DNA of 64,000 nucleotides from contig JBGAUX010000001.1 in assembly GCA_044228405.1 (NCBI GenBank), positions 21,414-85,413 of the forward strand, in the 5' to 3' direction. This document shows positions 1 through 9,227 of the stretch, piece by piece. A program made the position numbers and the translations under genes. Position 1 is the stretch's first letter; the number at the start of each line of letters is the position of its first letter. The notes beneath the pieces were generated by a model that was not told the origin of the DNA, did no database searches, and was given only the letters and a program-made list of their open reading frames with translations. The DNA is from Candidatus Altimarinota bacterium. Its GTDB lineage: Bacteria; Patescibacteriota; Gracilibacteria; UBA1369; JBGAUX01.

Positions 1-1062
1 AACCGCGCTACTACCCCTTACAAACCACAATTTCGCCAATTTCAGTTTTTCTTTAAAGGCAAATGAAGCGATAGATAAATCGTCAAATCTATCATTATTG
101 ACCTGTATAGAACTAATATTGAAACCAAACCATTGATTTTTGTGTTCACCCACAAAGAGATTATCGGGCTTTTTGCGATTTGTTGTGTTGGTAGTGAAAT
201 TTAAGAACATATAAACAGCACCGGTTTCACTGTGTTCAGTGTTGGAATATGCGTATGCACCAACTGCCAGGTCGGGTCTGGTGTTGGAGTCAAAGTTCCC
301 CTGTGCCAAGGAAGACCCAAACAGACTATTTTCGGTATCACCCGAAATTAAGGTATTGGGGGCACTGGTGGACAAATCATATACGGGATTTGCCCTTTGA
401 ACATTGTCCCATGAGACTACATAGACATTCCCGGTAACTATACCGTCGGTATTTTTTGCCAAAGGAGCCCCGCTCACTATGTCGACAGTGTGGTCATTAT
501 TTATGTCGTAACCTAATGTCGACAACCCGTAGTAAGAGTTGTTATGTGGCCCATAGATGCTGATATCCGGTTGATAGACAGAAAAGTCATACTCCGATAA
601 AAAGAAATGATTAGCGCCTAAAAAGCCATATGTCGCACCGCTACGATTACCGACGCTTTTCAAAGCACCGGGCGCTCCTATTATCAGATCTTGAAAAATA
701 TCTCCATTAATATTGCCAAAAGATAAAGAGGTGCCCAGTAAATCGTTTGAATTAGCACCTAAAATTGTAAAACTGGGCTGAGAAGGGCTTTTCCCTATTG
801 GGCCGAGGTATACTTCAACTTTCCCTCTTTTCTCCTTGCCCGCTTGCGAATAATATGGGGCGCCTACGACAAGGTCTTCAAAACCATCTCCATTTATGTC
901 TACTACGGCTACACTGGAGCCAAATTGTTCGTTGAGTTGTTGACCAGTTATCGTCAGTGGCTCATATGAATTGTAGTGATATTCGGTAAGCTCCAAGGCT
1001 CTTGCCTGTAGAGGCGAAGCCATTAAACTGAGCACTAGTAAGGATATCTTTAGCCTTTTCAT
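1..1062 (-). CDS. FG-GAP repeat surface/secreted protein, partial (C-terminus off the window)
   Basis: Hand translation of the minus strand from ATG at 1062-1060 to position 1 gives 354 codons with no stop. It is absent from the ORF track because it runs off the edge. The N-terminus MKRLKISLLVLSLMASPLQA looks like a signal peptide. FG-GAP motifs repeat: FGSSVAVVDINGDGFEDLVVGAP, LGTSLSFGNINGDIFQDLIIGAP, FGSSLAQGNFDSNTRPDLAVGAY. Confidence 0.8.
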   Translation of the reverse strand, partial: MKRLKISLLVLSLMASPLQARALELTEYHYNSYEPLTITGQQLNEQFGSSVAVVDINGDGFEDLVVGAPYYSQAGKEKRGKVEVYLGPIGKSPSQPSFTILGANSNDLLGTSLSFGNINGDIFQDLIIGAPGALKSVGNRSGATYGFLGANHFFLSEYDFSVYQPDISIYGPHNNSYYGLSTLGYDINNDHTVDIVSGAPLAKNTDGIVTGNVYVVSWDNVQRANPVYDLSTSAPNTLISGDTENSLFGSSLAQGNFDSNTRPDLAVGAYAYSNTEHSETGAVYMFLNFTTNTTNRKKPDNLFVGEHKNQWFGFNISSIQVNNDRFDDLSIASFAFKEKLKLAKLWFVRGSSAV

Positions 1063-1143
1063 TGATATTGATTTTAGTAAAGCTATTTTAACTGGTTTTG
1101 TTCAAAAATGAAACTGGACATATTTGGACATTTTATCTAGAAT

Positions 1144-1177
1144 CGATTTGGACAAGTCTATTTGACTGTCCAAATCG
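1144..1177. promoter_or_regulatory. Perfect 11-nt inverted repeat CGATTTGGACA-N12-TGTCCAAATCG in the divergent promoter region; candidate operator
   Basis: Read directly from the sequence. Arms are at 1144-1154 and 1167-1177. Extra TGGACA half-sites lie at 1113-1120 (ACTGGACA), 1123-1130 (TTTGGACA) and 1235-1242 (TTTGGACA). Confidence 0.45.
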
Positions 1178-1196
1178 TCAAAATAGCTACAACGAC

Positions 1197-1838
1197 ATGG
1201 TGCAGACAATTAAAAATGAGTTTTCCGACTACGTTTTGGACAGAAATACGGCTTCTAAGCTGTTAAAAATCTCTGTTCGTACGCTAGACAGGTATTTGCG
1301 CGACAATAAACTGAGTTGTTCAAAAGATGACGGCAGAATATGGCTTTCTAAAGCTGAAATAAGTGATTTTAAGCACTTAAGAGAAGAGCGCCAAGCTAGA
1401 CGGATTTTAGACAGGACTTACAGTGATTTGTCTGTGGAAAGTGGTTCGGACAATGGCGACTTTGTGGCGGGTAGGTTGTCCAGTCATGTACACACCGGCG
1501 AAACTGGTGCGGTTGAAAGTGTATACAAAGCGCTTTACCAAGAAGCTAAGAATCAACTGGAAGACCAACAAAAAAGATTGGAAGGAGCGAATTATCGCGT
1601 GGGGCAATTGGAAGCTGAGTTAAAAAACACAGTACCAATGAGAGAGTTTCAACAAAAAGAAGTCTACTACCTTGAGAGTAGCGAAGACATGAAACAAAGA
1701 ATGGAAAAGGTGGTTGAAAAGCTTAAAGAAACACAACGACAGTACCAAATTGAGAAGTATAACAAGTTTATTTACCTCTTGATACTCTTGGGGGTTTTAG
1801 CTTTGCAGCCGCTATGGTTAGCCATATCAAGCGCCTAG
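1197..1838 (+). CDS. Membrane-anchored helix-turn-helix protein (excisionase/MerR-like HTH, coiled coil, C-terminal TM helix)
   Basis: The ORF track gives 1098..1838. I prefer the in-frame ATG at 1197 (MVQTIKNEF) because 1098-1196 is occupied by the repeat array. HTH-like segment: NTASKLLKISVRTLDRYLRDNKL...IWLSKAEISDF. Coiled-coil segment: QLEDQQKRLEGANYRVGQLEAELK. Hydrophobic tail: FIYLLILLGVLALQPLWLAI. Confidence 0.6.
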   Translation: MVQTIKNEFSDYVLDRNTASKLLKISVRTLDRYLRDNKLSCSKDDGRIWLSKAEISDFKHLREERQARRILDRTYSDLSVESGSDNGDFVAGRLSSHVHTGETGAVESVYKALYQEAKNQLEDQQKRLEGANYRVGQLEAELKNTVPMREFQQKEVYYLESSEDMKQRMEKVVEKLKETQRQYQIEKYNKFIYLLILLGVLALQPLWLAISSA

Positions 1839-1846
1839 TAACTTGT

Positions 1847-2482
1847 TTATATCTTGGTCATCTTAATGTTTTCTTGCGTCAGCACAGTCATTTGTAAGCC
1901 GGGATACTTGTCTTTCATTCTTTGATAAATACCACCACTTTGTAGAAGTATATTTTTCAATGCATTAGGGTCGCCAATTGTTTTGAATACATAAGGTGTT
2001 TCCAGAGTATTAACGTGTAAAAAAATTTGCCCTTGGGGTAGAATTTCAAACCCTTGAGTTGCATCAGTTAAGCGCAAATCATTGATACTTACGGCTTCGG
2101 CGCCTGCGCCAAACAGCTCGTTTGTTAGGTCTACAAGCCAAATTGGATCAACATTCGTGAGTATGGAGATAACCACACCCGGCCCCTCTATATCCTCTTC
2201 ACCACTTAGAATTTTGTACTTATTGATTTCATCTTCGATCGCTTTAAGTGCAGATGATTGATTTGATGTTTCTTGCAAAGTCTTGGTTAATTCATCGGTT
2301 TCTACTTTTAAGTTCTCGTTTGTGGTCTTTAGTATTTGTATTTCCCGAAAAATATTTTTACGTAAATCACGATTTTGATCCCGCAAAAGCCCAAATGAAC
2401 GACCTTGTAAAACAACAAAAAATCCGAGTAACAATGATGTTAAAGCGATTGTAACTACTCTTTTATTGTAGTTTATCTTCAT
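1847..2482 (-). CDS. DUF881 family protein (YlxW/YlxX-like, division-associated)
   Basis: N-terminal TM helix, a coiled-coil stretch, then a GPGV motif (IEGPGVVISILTN) typical of DUF881. It has a 4-nt ATGA overlap with the upstream paralog. Confidence 0.75.
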   Translation of the reverse strand: MKINYNKRVVTIALTSLLLGFFVVLQGRSFGLLRDQNRDLRKNIFREIQILKTTNENLKVETDELTKTLQETSNQSSALKAIEDEINKYKILSGEEDIEGPGVVISILTNVDPIWLVDLTNELFGAGAEAVSINDLRLTDATQGFEILPQGQIFLHVNTLETPYVFKTIGDPNALKNILLQSGGIYQRMKDKYPGLQMTVLTQENIKMTKI

Positions 2483-3210
2483 TGTGTATTAGTTAATTTA
2501 GCATATTTGATAGAAAGATTACCGTTATATAGAGGCGCACTCAGCTCTTTCAGTATATCCACCGTAAATATAATCCCAGCTTTTTTACTCCTTTCCAAAA
2601 AGGCTTTTGTAAGCGGAGAAATCTTAAGTGTTTGCTCAATTAAAGCGGTATCACCAATTACGGTTATTTGCACAGGTGGCACTAAACGCGAGTTGTTTAT
2701 CAATATGCTATTTCCAACCGCGCTAATGGCCGTATTATTGATTACACGCTGTTTGTTAACAACAATAGCTTGTGGTTTGGTGGTGCGCAAAAGATTAAGT
2801 AAATCTCTTAAGTCGGAAGCATGAATTAAGCTTTCACTATCCACCTTTTCAAAATCTCTATCTAACTTAGGATTATCATTTAAATAGATGTTTACCCCAG
2901 GCCCGCTTACTTCTGTAAGGCCTATTTTTTTCTTTAAATCATTTAGAATTTGCAAGTTAGAGCTCTTGGTTACAAACTCATTTTTTTGTTGGTTATCTTC
3001 TATGCGTTGACGCAAAGAAACTATTTGAGCTTTTAATATAGTTTGTTCATCAGAGTAGGATTTTACCAGATCTCGTTGCGCATCAATTTCTTCAGCCGGA
3101 AATTGGCTTGAAATAGGCACAGCCGACTTAATTTGAAAAGATACGAGAGCACCCGTTATTAAGCCTGCAAAAATAAAAGTAAAAGCAACTTTTTTATCCA
3201 TTATTGACAT
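2479..3210 (-). CDS. DUF881 family protein (tandem paralog)
   Basis: Same architecture as the previous gene: TM helix, coiled coil, and VSGPGVNIYLND. It starts directly after the guaA stop. Confidence 0.75.
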   Translation of the reverse strand: MSIMDKKVAFTFIFAGLITGALVSFQIKSAVPISSQFPAEEIDAQRDLVKSYSDEQTILKAQIVSLRQRIEDNQQKNEFVTKSSNLQILNDLKKKIGLTEVSGPGVNIYLNDNPKLDRDFEKVDSESLIHASDLRDLLNLLRTTKPQAIVVNKQRVINNTAISAVGNSILINNSRLVPPVQITVIGDTALIEQTLKISPLTKAFLERSKKAGIIFTVDILKELSAPLYNGNLSIKYAKLTNTQ

Positions 3211-5022
3211 TTATTCCCACTCAATAGTAGCGGGTGGTTTATTAGTGATGTCGTACAAAATCGATTCGATACCAACTGTAGCAGTAATTTCTTTGCTAAT
3301 TTCTCGTAGTAAATCTAAATCCATTTTATAAAAATCAGCAGTCATTGCCTCGGTAGAACAAACAGGTCTCAAAACAATAGTCTCCTGTTCAACACTGTTA
3401 AACATTAGTGGCAGCAAAACAACCGGAAACTGCCAAATGTCTTTGTTTAGACCAGCGTTTTTAATTGAATCGTGCACAATTTTATCTGCCTTTTGAAGAA
3501 CTTCAATTCTGTTTGTAGTTAAATAGGCGTTAACAAGTTTGATGTTATTTATGTCCTGCGCCAAAGAATACAAAACTCTGTTTACACTAGCAAAACGATT
3601 AGTAATTTGAGTTGAAATTTTATCTAAAGTTGCAAAGCTTTGTTCTGCGCCAAAAATTACAACTGGGTGTCGGTAGGTGCGCGCATCTCCTTGAACACCA
3701 ACGCTTTTAATTGGCAACAGTAAGGCTTTTAAACCATACTGACTAATCAGTTGATTAATCGCTTTTTCATCTTCAATCCGACTAGTCGGATACACTTCTT
3801 CGGCTTCTTTATCGTTACACAGACATCTAACAGCAAGACCCGGCCCCGGAAAGGGGTGTCTCCATACCAGGTCGTGACTCAAGCCCAACAGCGATCCCAA
3901 ATCGCGCACTTCATCTTTATATAAGTCTTTAAGCGGTTCAATAACTTTACCTTCCTCAATCAGTTTTTGAATTTCTTCAACTCGGTTATGATGAGTTTTA
4001 ATTTTGTCGGCATGCTTTGTGCCACCAGTTTCAATTGTGTCCGGGTAAATTGTGCCTTGAGCAAGCAACCAATCATCTGGGTTTAGGCCAAGGTCTTTAA
4101 CGGCTTTGGCTTGAACATCTAAAAATAGTTTTCCAATTATTTTTCGTTTTTCTTCGGGCTCGTAAATTTCTTTTAAGCCTTCAAAAAACATTTCGCTAGC
4201 ATCGTAAGCATGTAAGTTTGTAAAGCCCGCCGCTTTCATAAAGGTTTCAATTTCCACGCGCTCTTTAAATCGCATAAAGCCAGTATCTACAAATAATCCA
4301 TACACACGCTCTGGGCCTAAAGCCTTTTCTAGTAAAGCAAAAGCTACTGTCGAATCTACACCACCACTCACCATCAAAAACACTTTTTTATCTTTAACTG
4401 TATTTTTAATCTCTTCAATTTGCTCATCTAAAAAGTTTTGAATACTCCATTCACGCGCTACACCACACAATTCAACAAAGTTTGAAAAAATATTCATACC
4501 ATGAGGTGTGTGAGTTACTTCAGCGTGAAATTGAATACCAAAAAGATTTTTATCTAAATCTCCAATTGCAGCTTGTTCACAATCTTCACTAGAACCCAAT
4601 GTCACAAAGCCTTCTGGCAACTGCGTTACTGTGTCGCCATGACTCATCCACACTTGTTCCTGTTTCTCCAGTCCACTGCTAAAAATCCCCTCAGCTTGAT
4701 GAATATTTAAACTGGCATAGCCATATTCTTTATGAGCACCAGATTCAACTTTACCACCTAAGTGCTTCACCATTAACTGATGGCCATAACAAATAGCCAA
4801 TACAGGTATTCCCAAATTAAAAATTTCAGGATCGCAGTCGGGCGAGCCCTCATCATTAACACTGGATGGCCCCCCGGATAAAATGATACCTTTGTAATGT
4901 TTTAAATCTTCTGCCTTGGTTTCAGCCTCTTGTATTTCGGAGTAAACACCCAATCGACGAATGCGATTTGCTATCAAATGTGCGTACTGTCCGCCAAAAT
5001 CTAATACTGCTATTTTATCCAT
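3211..5022 (-). CDS. guaA: GMP synthase (glutamine-hydrolysing), long form
   Basis: GATase domain motifs (VLDFGGQYAHLIANRIR, ICYGHQL), ATP-pyrophosphatase loop MVSGGVDSTV, and the C-terminal NKPPATIEWE signature. At 603 aa it is longer than typical bacterial GuaA. Confidence 0.95.
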   Translation of the reverse strand: MDKIAVLDFGGQYAHLIANRIRRLGVYSEIQEAETKAEDLKHYKGIILSGGPSSVNDEGSPDCDPEIFNLGIPVLAICYGHQLMVKHLGGKVESGAHKEYGYASLNIHQAEGIFSSGLEKQEQVWMSHGDTVTQLPEGFVTLGSSEDCEQAAIGDLDKNLFGIQFHAEVTHTPHGMNIFSNFVELCGVAREWSIQNFLDEQIEEIKNTVKDKKVFLMVSGGVDSTVAFALLEKALGPERVYGLFVDTGFMRFKERVEIETFMKAAGFTNLHAYDASEMFFEGLKEIYEPEEKRKIIGKLFLDVQAKAVKDLGLNPDDWLLAQGTIYPDTIETGGTKHADKIKTHHNRVEEIQKLIEEGKVIEPLKDLYKDEVRDLGSLLGLSHDLVWRHPFPGPGLAVRCLCNDKEAEEVYPTSRIEDEKAINQLISQYGLKALLLPIKSVGVQGDARTYRHPVVIFGAEQSFATLDKISTQITNRFASVNRVLYSLAQDINNIKLVNAYLTTNRIEVLQKADKIVHDSIKNAGLNKDIWQFPVVLLPLMFNSVEQETIVLRPVCSTEAMTADFYKMDLDLLREISKEITATVGIESILYDITNKPPATIEWE

Positions 5023-6758
5023 GCTAAGTTTCTTTGAATTAATGTTATCTCACTAGGATTAGGATCAATCACATTTCCATGTGAATCTTCTATGCCTTTT
5101 AACTTTAGTTTATACCTTTCTTCTGCTTGTTCCGTCAATCCATCAATAGTTAAATTAACAATTCTTGGATCAATTTTATCAACTTCAACACTAATTATTT
5201 TTGGGGAATCGGTAGTTGGATTGTTAAAATTTAAGTCTATAAGTTCAAATTGGTCGGGATTGATTGGCGATTTTACACTTTCGTTAAAATGAATTGTTGC
5301 AGAATTTAGCGATAAGATTTTTTGAAAAATAACTAAAGGTGGTAAAGTGTCAGGTTTTAAAGCGAGGGAAATGTTAATGTCACGGCCTAAATTCTCTCTA
5401 AACATAGCCACATTTTCTTTTATCTCCTTCAAATTACCAGTAAAGCTCATACCGCGTGGAGCCTTAAAAATAAGACTATAAAAATCATTAGTGCTCGATT
5501 GGCGCGGAACATAAAGATTATAATTTTGATTAGTCAAAGTGCTATAAATAGCTTCTGGCAAAGAGTAACTAAAGCTAACATGAGTTGATTCACCAGGTTT
5601 TAAATTTATTTTTTGAGCAAAAACAGCTCGACCATTTTCAAAATATTTCCACATTCCAGCTGGAATATCGCCAACAAAGTCGGACCCATCGGGAGTGTAA
5701 AAACGAATAAAGCCAGTATAGTCGCCACTTAAAGGCGCATAGTCTGCGCCGAGGTGACTAATTTTAACATCCACATCAGCAGTTAGTTGAGGCGAGTTTT
5801 CTGCATTATCGCCTACATTTAAAGCGCGCGAAACTTCACGCACAATATATCGATTAGATTTCATGCCACCCAAATTTGTGTCTACAACAGCAAAAAAGTC
5901 TGCATCTGTTGGATTTGGCCACGCACCAGCCCAGCCTTTTTCTCTATATTTTTTCTCTAATTTCGCATCTTTAAAATAAAGTTGAATTTTTTTATCATAC
6001 AAAGAGCTGTAAATAACTTCAGAAATTTGCCCCCATTTTTCTGGATGAAAAGCCGTTTTTTTAATTAATGCCTTAAGCAAAGGTTGAAGAAATTGCTTGC
6101 GTGTATATATTTGTTCAATGTCATGTCTATCAATATTATTTAGTTCATATTCAATATTTTCAAATATATTAGCCGCATTTAAGGTTTTATCTTCCACCTC
6201 AATTTCGCCCAATACAGCGACGATATCTTCTAAAATGTCGTAGTTAATGGCAACTACACCATCAATTTTAATATCTGGTTCATTTATGTTGAAAAACTTA
6301 ATAAATTCCTCAGCCGATGAAGGAAAATCGGCATAAACATTCGCATCGCGAAAAGAATGACCAGTATAATTTTCGTTGGCTAGCAAGTCGCCATAGGGAT
6401 ATGGCGGCTCCACATAGGCATGGTCATCAACTGCGCCATAAACATCGTGTAGCTCAACATGTATTTTGCCAGAGCGAAATTGCACCAACGCAAAAGCCGA
6501 AGCAAAGCCACCTGTTGGCCTTAATTCTCCAGTGTTTTGAGCAACTAATAGGTAGTTTTTAGCTTGAAAAGGAAAACCAGCCAATTTAAAGGAATCGGGC
6601 AAAAATGTCAGCAGACTACTAAAAGAAAAAACTACAAAAAGCACAGCGCCTACTGTTACAATAAAAAGCGATAGCAGAATTCGCTTTGCGTATAGCAACC
6701 ATTTAGCTTTTTTACCCCCTCTGATCTTCGGTTTTTTCATAGAATAAGTTTTGCTCAT
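5010..6758 (-). CDS. DUF4012 domain membrane protein with C-terminal Ig-like domain
   Basis: N-terminal TM helix, a NTGELRPTGGFASAFA motif typical of DUF4012, and a C-terminal SbsA/Big_5-like segment. It overlaps the guaA start by 13 nt. Confidence 0.7.
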   Translation of the reverse strand: MSKTYSMKKPKIRGGKKAKWLLYAKRILLSLFIVTVGAVLFVVFSFSSLLTFLPDSFKLAGFPFQAKNYLLVAQNTGELRPTGGFASAFALVQFRSGKIHVELHDVYGAVDDHAYVEPPYPYGDLLANENYTGHSFRDANVYADFPSSAEEFIKFFNINEPDIKIDGVVAINYDILEDIVAVLGEIEVEDKTLNAANIFENIEYELNNIDRHDIEQIYTRKQFLQPLLKALIKKTAFHPEKWGQISEVIYSSLYDKKIQLYFKDAKLEKKYREKGWAGAWPNPTDADFFAVVDTNLGGMKSNRYIVREVSRALNVGDNAENSPQLTADVDVKISHLGADYAPLSGDYTGFIRFYTPDGSDFVGDIPAGMWKYFENGRAVFAQKINLKPGESTHVSFSYSLPEAIYSTLTNQNYNLYVPRQSSTNDFYSLIFKAPRGMSFTGNLKEIKENVAMFRENLGRDINISLALKPDTLPPLVIFQKILSLNSATIHFNESVKSPINPDQFELIDLNFNNPTTDSPKIISVEVDKIDPRIVNLTIDGLTEQAEERYKLKLKGIEDSHGNVIDPNPSEITLIQRNLAWIK

Positions 6759-6776
6759 CTTAACACGAGTAACTCA

Positions 6777-7973
6777 CTATGACAGTAAAAAATCCTTAAA
6801 TTGTTTGATTTTTTCAGCAGATTTTTTTACATCATCCAAAGATGGAACAAGTGCAAAGCGAATAAAACCTTTTCCTGGATTTTTTCCTAAAAAGTCAGTG
6901 TCACTAATTAAACTACCTGGAATACCAGCAACAGCAATATCAGCATGGAGCAATTTAGTGGCTATTTCTAAGTCATCAAAGCCTTGTGGTAGTTCTTGCC
7001 ACAAAAACATACAAGCCTCTGGAGCAGACTTGGGAAATCCTAAATACTCAAAAGCTTCCATTAGCACATCTCGTTTTTCTCTGTACTCAACACGCATTTT
7101 AGCAGTGTGCTCGTCGTCCCCCAATGCCGAAATAGCAGCCTCTTGAATAAAATTTGGTGTACCACTATCAATATTGGTTTTCAAATTCTTAAAAGTATTA
7201 ATAACATCTGGGTCTCCACACACAAATCCAGCCCTATAGCCGGTCATATTTGATCTTTTAGATAGCGACTGAAAAACAATCACATTTTCCTTGCCGGCCT
7301 GTAAGGCAGTTGCAGGTCTAATATTTTCATCAAAATAAATGTCAGAATAAGGCTCATCTGAAGCCAAAATTAAATTATTTTTGTGACAAAATTCCAAAGC
7401 TTTTTTGTAAAAATCCACATCAACTTGTTTTCCAGTTGGATTATGCGGGTAGTTCAACCATAAAATTTTAGCTTTATCCAAAATTTCTTGAGGGAAACTT
7501 TCAAAATCAGGTAAAAAATCGTTCTCCTTATAAAGACCATAGTAAAAAGGAATTCCTTCGGCAAAAATCGCACCCGTTTTATATGGAGGGTAGCCAGGAG
7601 TTGGCACTAAAACATAATCTCCAGGGTTTACATATGCTTCGGCAAAGTTAAAAACAGCTTCTTTTGCTCCAATAGTTGAACAAATTTCAGTTTGGGGATC
7701 CACATCTACATCAAAACGACGCTTCATATATTCGCTTACAGCCTTGCGATACTCTGGCATGCCAATATAGCTTGGATAACCCGAAGATTCATGTTTTTTA
7801 ATAGCGCTAACAACTTTTTCTTGAATAAAATCTGGTGTGGCAGTAGTTGGATCGCCAACACCAAAATCAACTACAGGAATGCCTTGTTCGCGCAATTCGG
7901 CAATTTTATCGTTAATAACTTTCATTGGGTAGCTAGGCAAACTTTGTAATCTATTTGAAGGAGGTATTTTCAT
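6777..7973 (-). CDS. dapL: Class I/II PLP aminotransferase, candidate LL-diaminopimelate aminotransferase
   Basis: N-terminus RLQSLPSYPM...VVDFGVGDPTTATP and PLP-lysine motif SLSKRSNMTGYRAGF. The functional call rests largely on its position immediately after lysA in the dap/lys operon. Confidence 0.6.
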   Translation of the reverse strand: MKIPPSNRLQSLPSYPMKVINDKIAELREQGIPVVDFGVGDPTTATPDFIQEKVVSAIKKHESSGYPSYIGMPEYRKAVSEYMKRRFDVDVDPQTEICSTIGAKEAVFNFAEAYVNPGDYVLVPTPGYPPYKTGAIFAEGIPFYYGLYKENDFLPDFESFPQEILDKAKILWLNYPHNPTGKQVDVDFYKKALEFCHKNNLILASDEPYSDIYFDENIRPATALQAGKENVIVFQSLSKRSNMTGYRAGFVCGDPDVINTFKNLKTNIDSGTPNFIQEAAISALGDDEHTAKMRVEYREKRDVLMEAFEYLGFPKSAPEACMFLWQELPQGFDDLEIATKLLHADIAVAGIPGSLISDTDFLGKNPGKGFIRFALVPSLDDVKKSAEKIKQFKDFLLS

Positions 7974-7979
7974 TTTAAA

Positions 7980-9227
7980 TTAGTTAATAGTTAGAGTTGA
8001 TAAAAGGTCGTTAAAGGTTTCGGCGCGACGAATAATTGATAAACTGCCATCTTCCTTTAACAAATATTCAGCATGTTTAAGTTTTCCATTATAGTTGTGA
8101 GCCATAGCATACACATGTCCGCCAGAATTATGAATAACAACAATATCTCCTACTTTTGCTTTCGGTAAAACTCTTTCCTTAGCAAATTGATCATTATTTT
8201 CACATATTGAACCGACCACAGAAACTATTTCGGTTTCTTGTTCATCCGAAATCAATGAAACATAATGATAAGCATCGTAAATTGCAGGTCTGGGATTGTC
8301 GTTTGTACTAGCATCCACGCCAATAAATTTTTTATAAGAATCTTTAATTACTACAACTTTACTCACCAGCCAACCAGCATCAGCAACAATATAACGGCCA
8401 GGTTCCGCCATTAATCTAGGCGCCTTAAGATTGTATTTGGCACATTGTGTATCAAAACTTTCTCTCACACTTTTAGCAATATAATCCATATCTAAACTAG
8501 GCTTTTCGGGATGATAAGGCACACCAAAACCTCCACCCATATTTAAAACTTCAATCTCAATGCCAGTTTCTGCTTTTGTTTGAGCCACAACTTCCAAAAG
8601 TTTGGCAATAATTTCTGCAAAATAATCTTTTTTATCAATTGGTACATTACTACCTGTCATCATATGAATACCAAATTTTTTCACACCAAGTTTTTTAAGT
8701 TCGCTATAAGCTTGAGGCGCTTTTTCAAAGGGAATTCCGTACTTTGCATCGGGCCCCGCAAAAACATTGCTAGCTTCTACTGCATTGCCCATACCAGGAT
8801 TAATTCTTAGTGAAACCATTTCTGGCACACCAATTTCGGTCAACATAGCTATGTTACTAATGTCATCTAAATTTAAAATAAAGCCATTTTCTTTCGCATA
8901 TTTAAGAGTTTGAGCAGGCGTGAAATTTGCCGTAAACATGCCATTTAATCCAAGTTGATTACTCAAAAAAACTTCAAAATCACTTGAGGCATCCATGCCA
9001 AAACCTTCTTCTGCAATGATTTTTAAAAGCACAGAATTGGAATTTGCTTTAATCGCATACAAAGATGAAAAGTCCGGAAAATATTTTTTAAAAGCTCCCG
9101 AAAATCGTCTGCAATTTTCTCTAATTCGCTTTTCACTATAAATGTAAAATGGCGTTGGAAATTGCTTAACGGCTTTAAGTACAGCTTCTTTAGGATAATA
9201 AACCACATCTGGGTTAATATTTGTCAT
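7980..9227 (-). CDS. lysA: Diaminopimelate decarboxylase
   Basis: Motifs YAIKANSN (PLP Lys), GGGFGVPY, EPGRYIVADAG, CENND. The ORF track extends to 9320, but that part overlaps dapA. The ATG at 9227-9225 (MTNINPDV) overlaps the dapA stop by 1 nt (TAATG) and gives a typical 415 aa. Confidence 0.9.
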   Translation of the reverse strand: MTNINPDVVYYPKEAVLKAVKQFPTPFYIYSEKRIRENCRRFSGAFKKYFPDFSSLYAIKANSNSVLLKIIAEEGFGMDASSDFEVFLSNQLGLNGMFTANFTPAQTLKYAKENGFILNLDDISNIAMLTEIGVPEMVSLRINPGMGNAVEASNVFAGPDAKYGIPFEKAPQAYSELKKLGVKKFGIHMMTGSNVPIDKKDYFAEIIAKLLEVVAQTKAETGIEIEVLNMGGGFGVPYHPEKPSLDMDYIAKSVRESFDTQCAKYNLKAPRLMAEPGRYIVADAGWLVSKVVVIKDSYKKFIGVDASTNDNPRPAIYDAYHYVSLISDEQETEIVSVVGSICENNDQFAKERVLPKAKVGDIVVIHNSGGHVYAMAHNYNGKLKHAEYLLKEDGSLSIIRRAETFNDLLSTLTIN

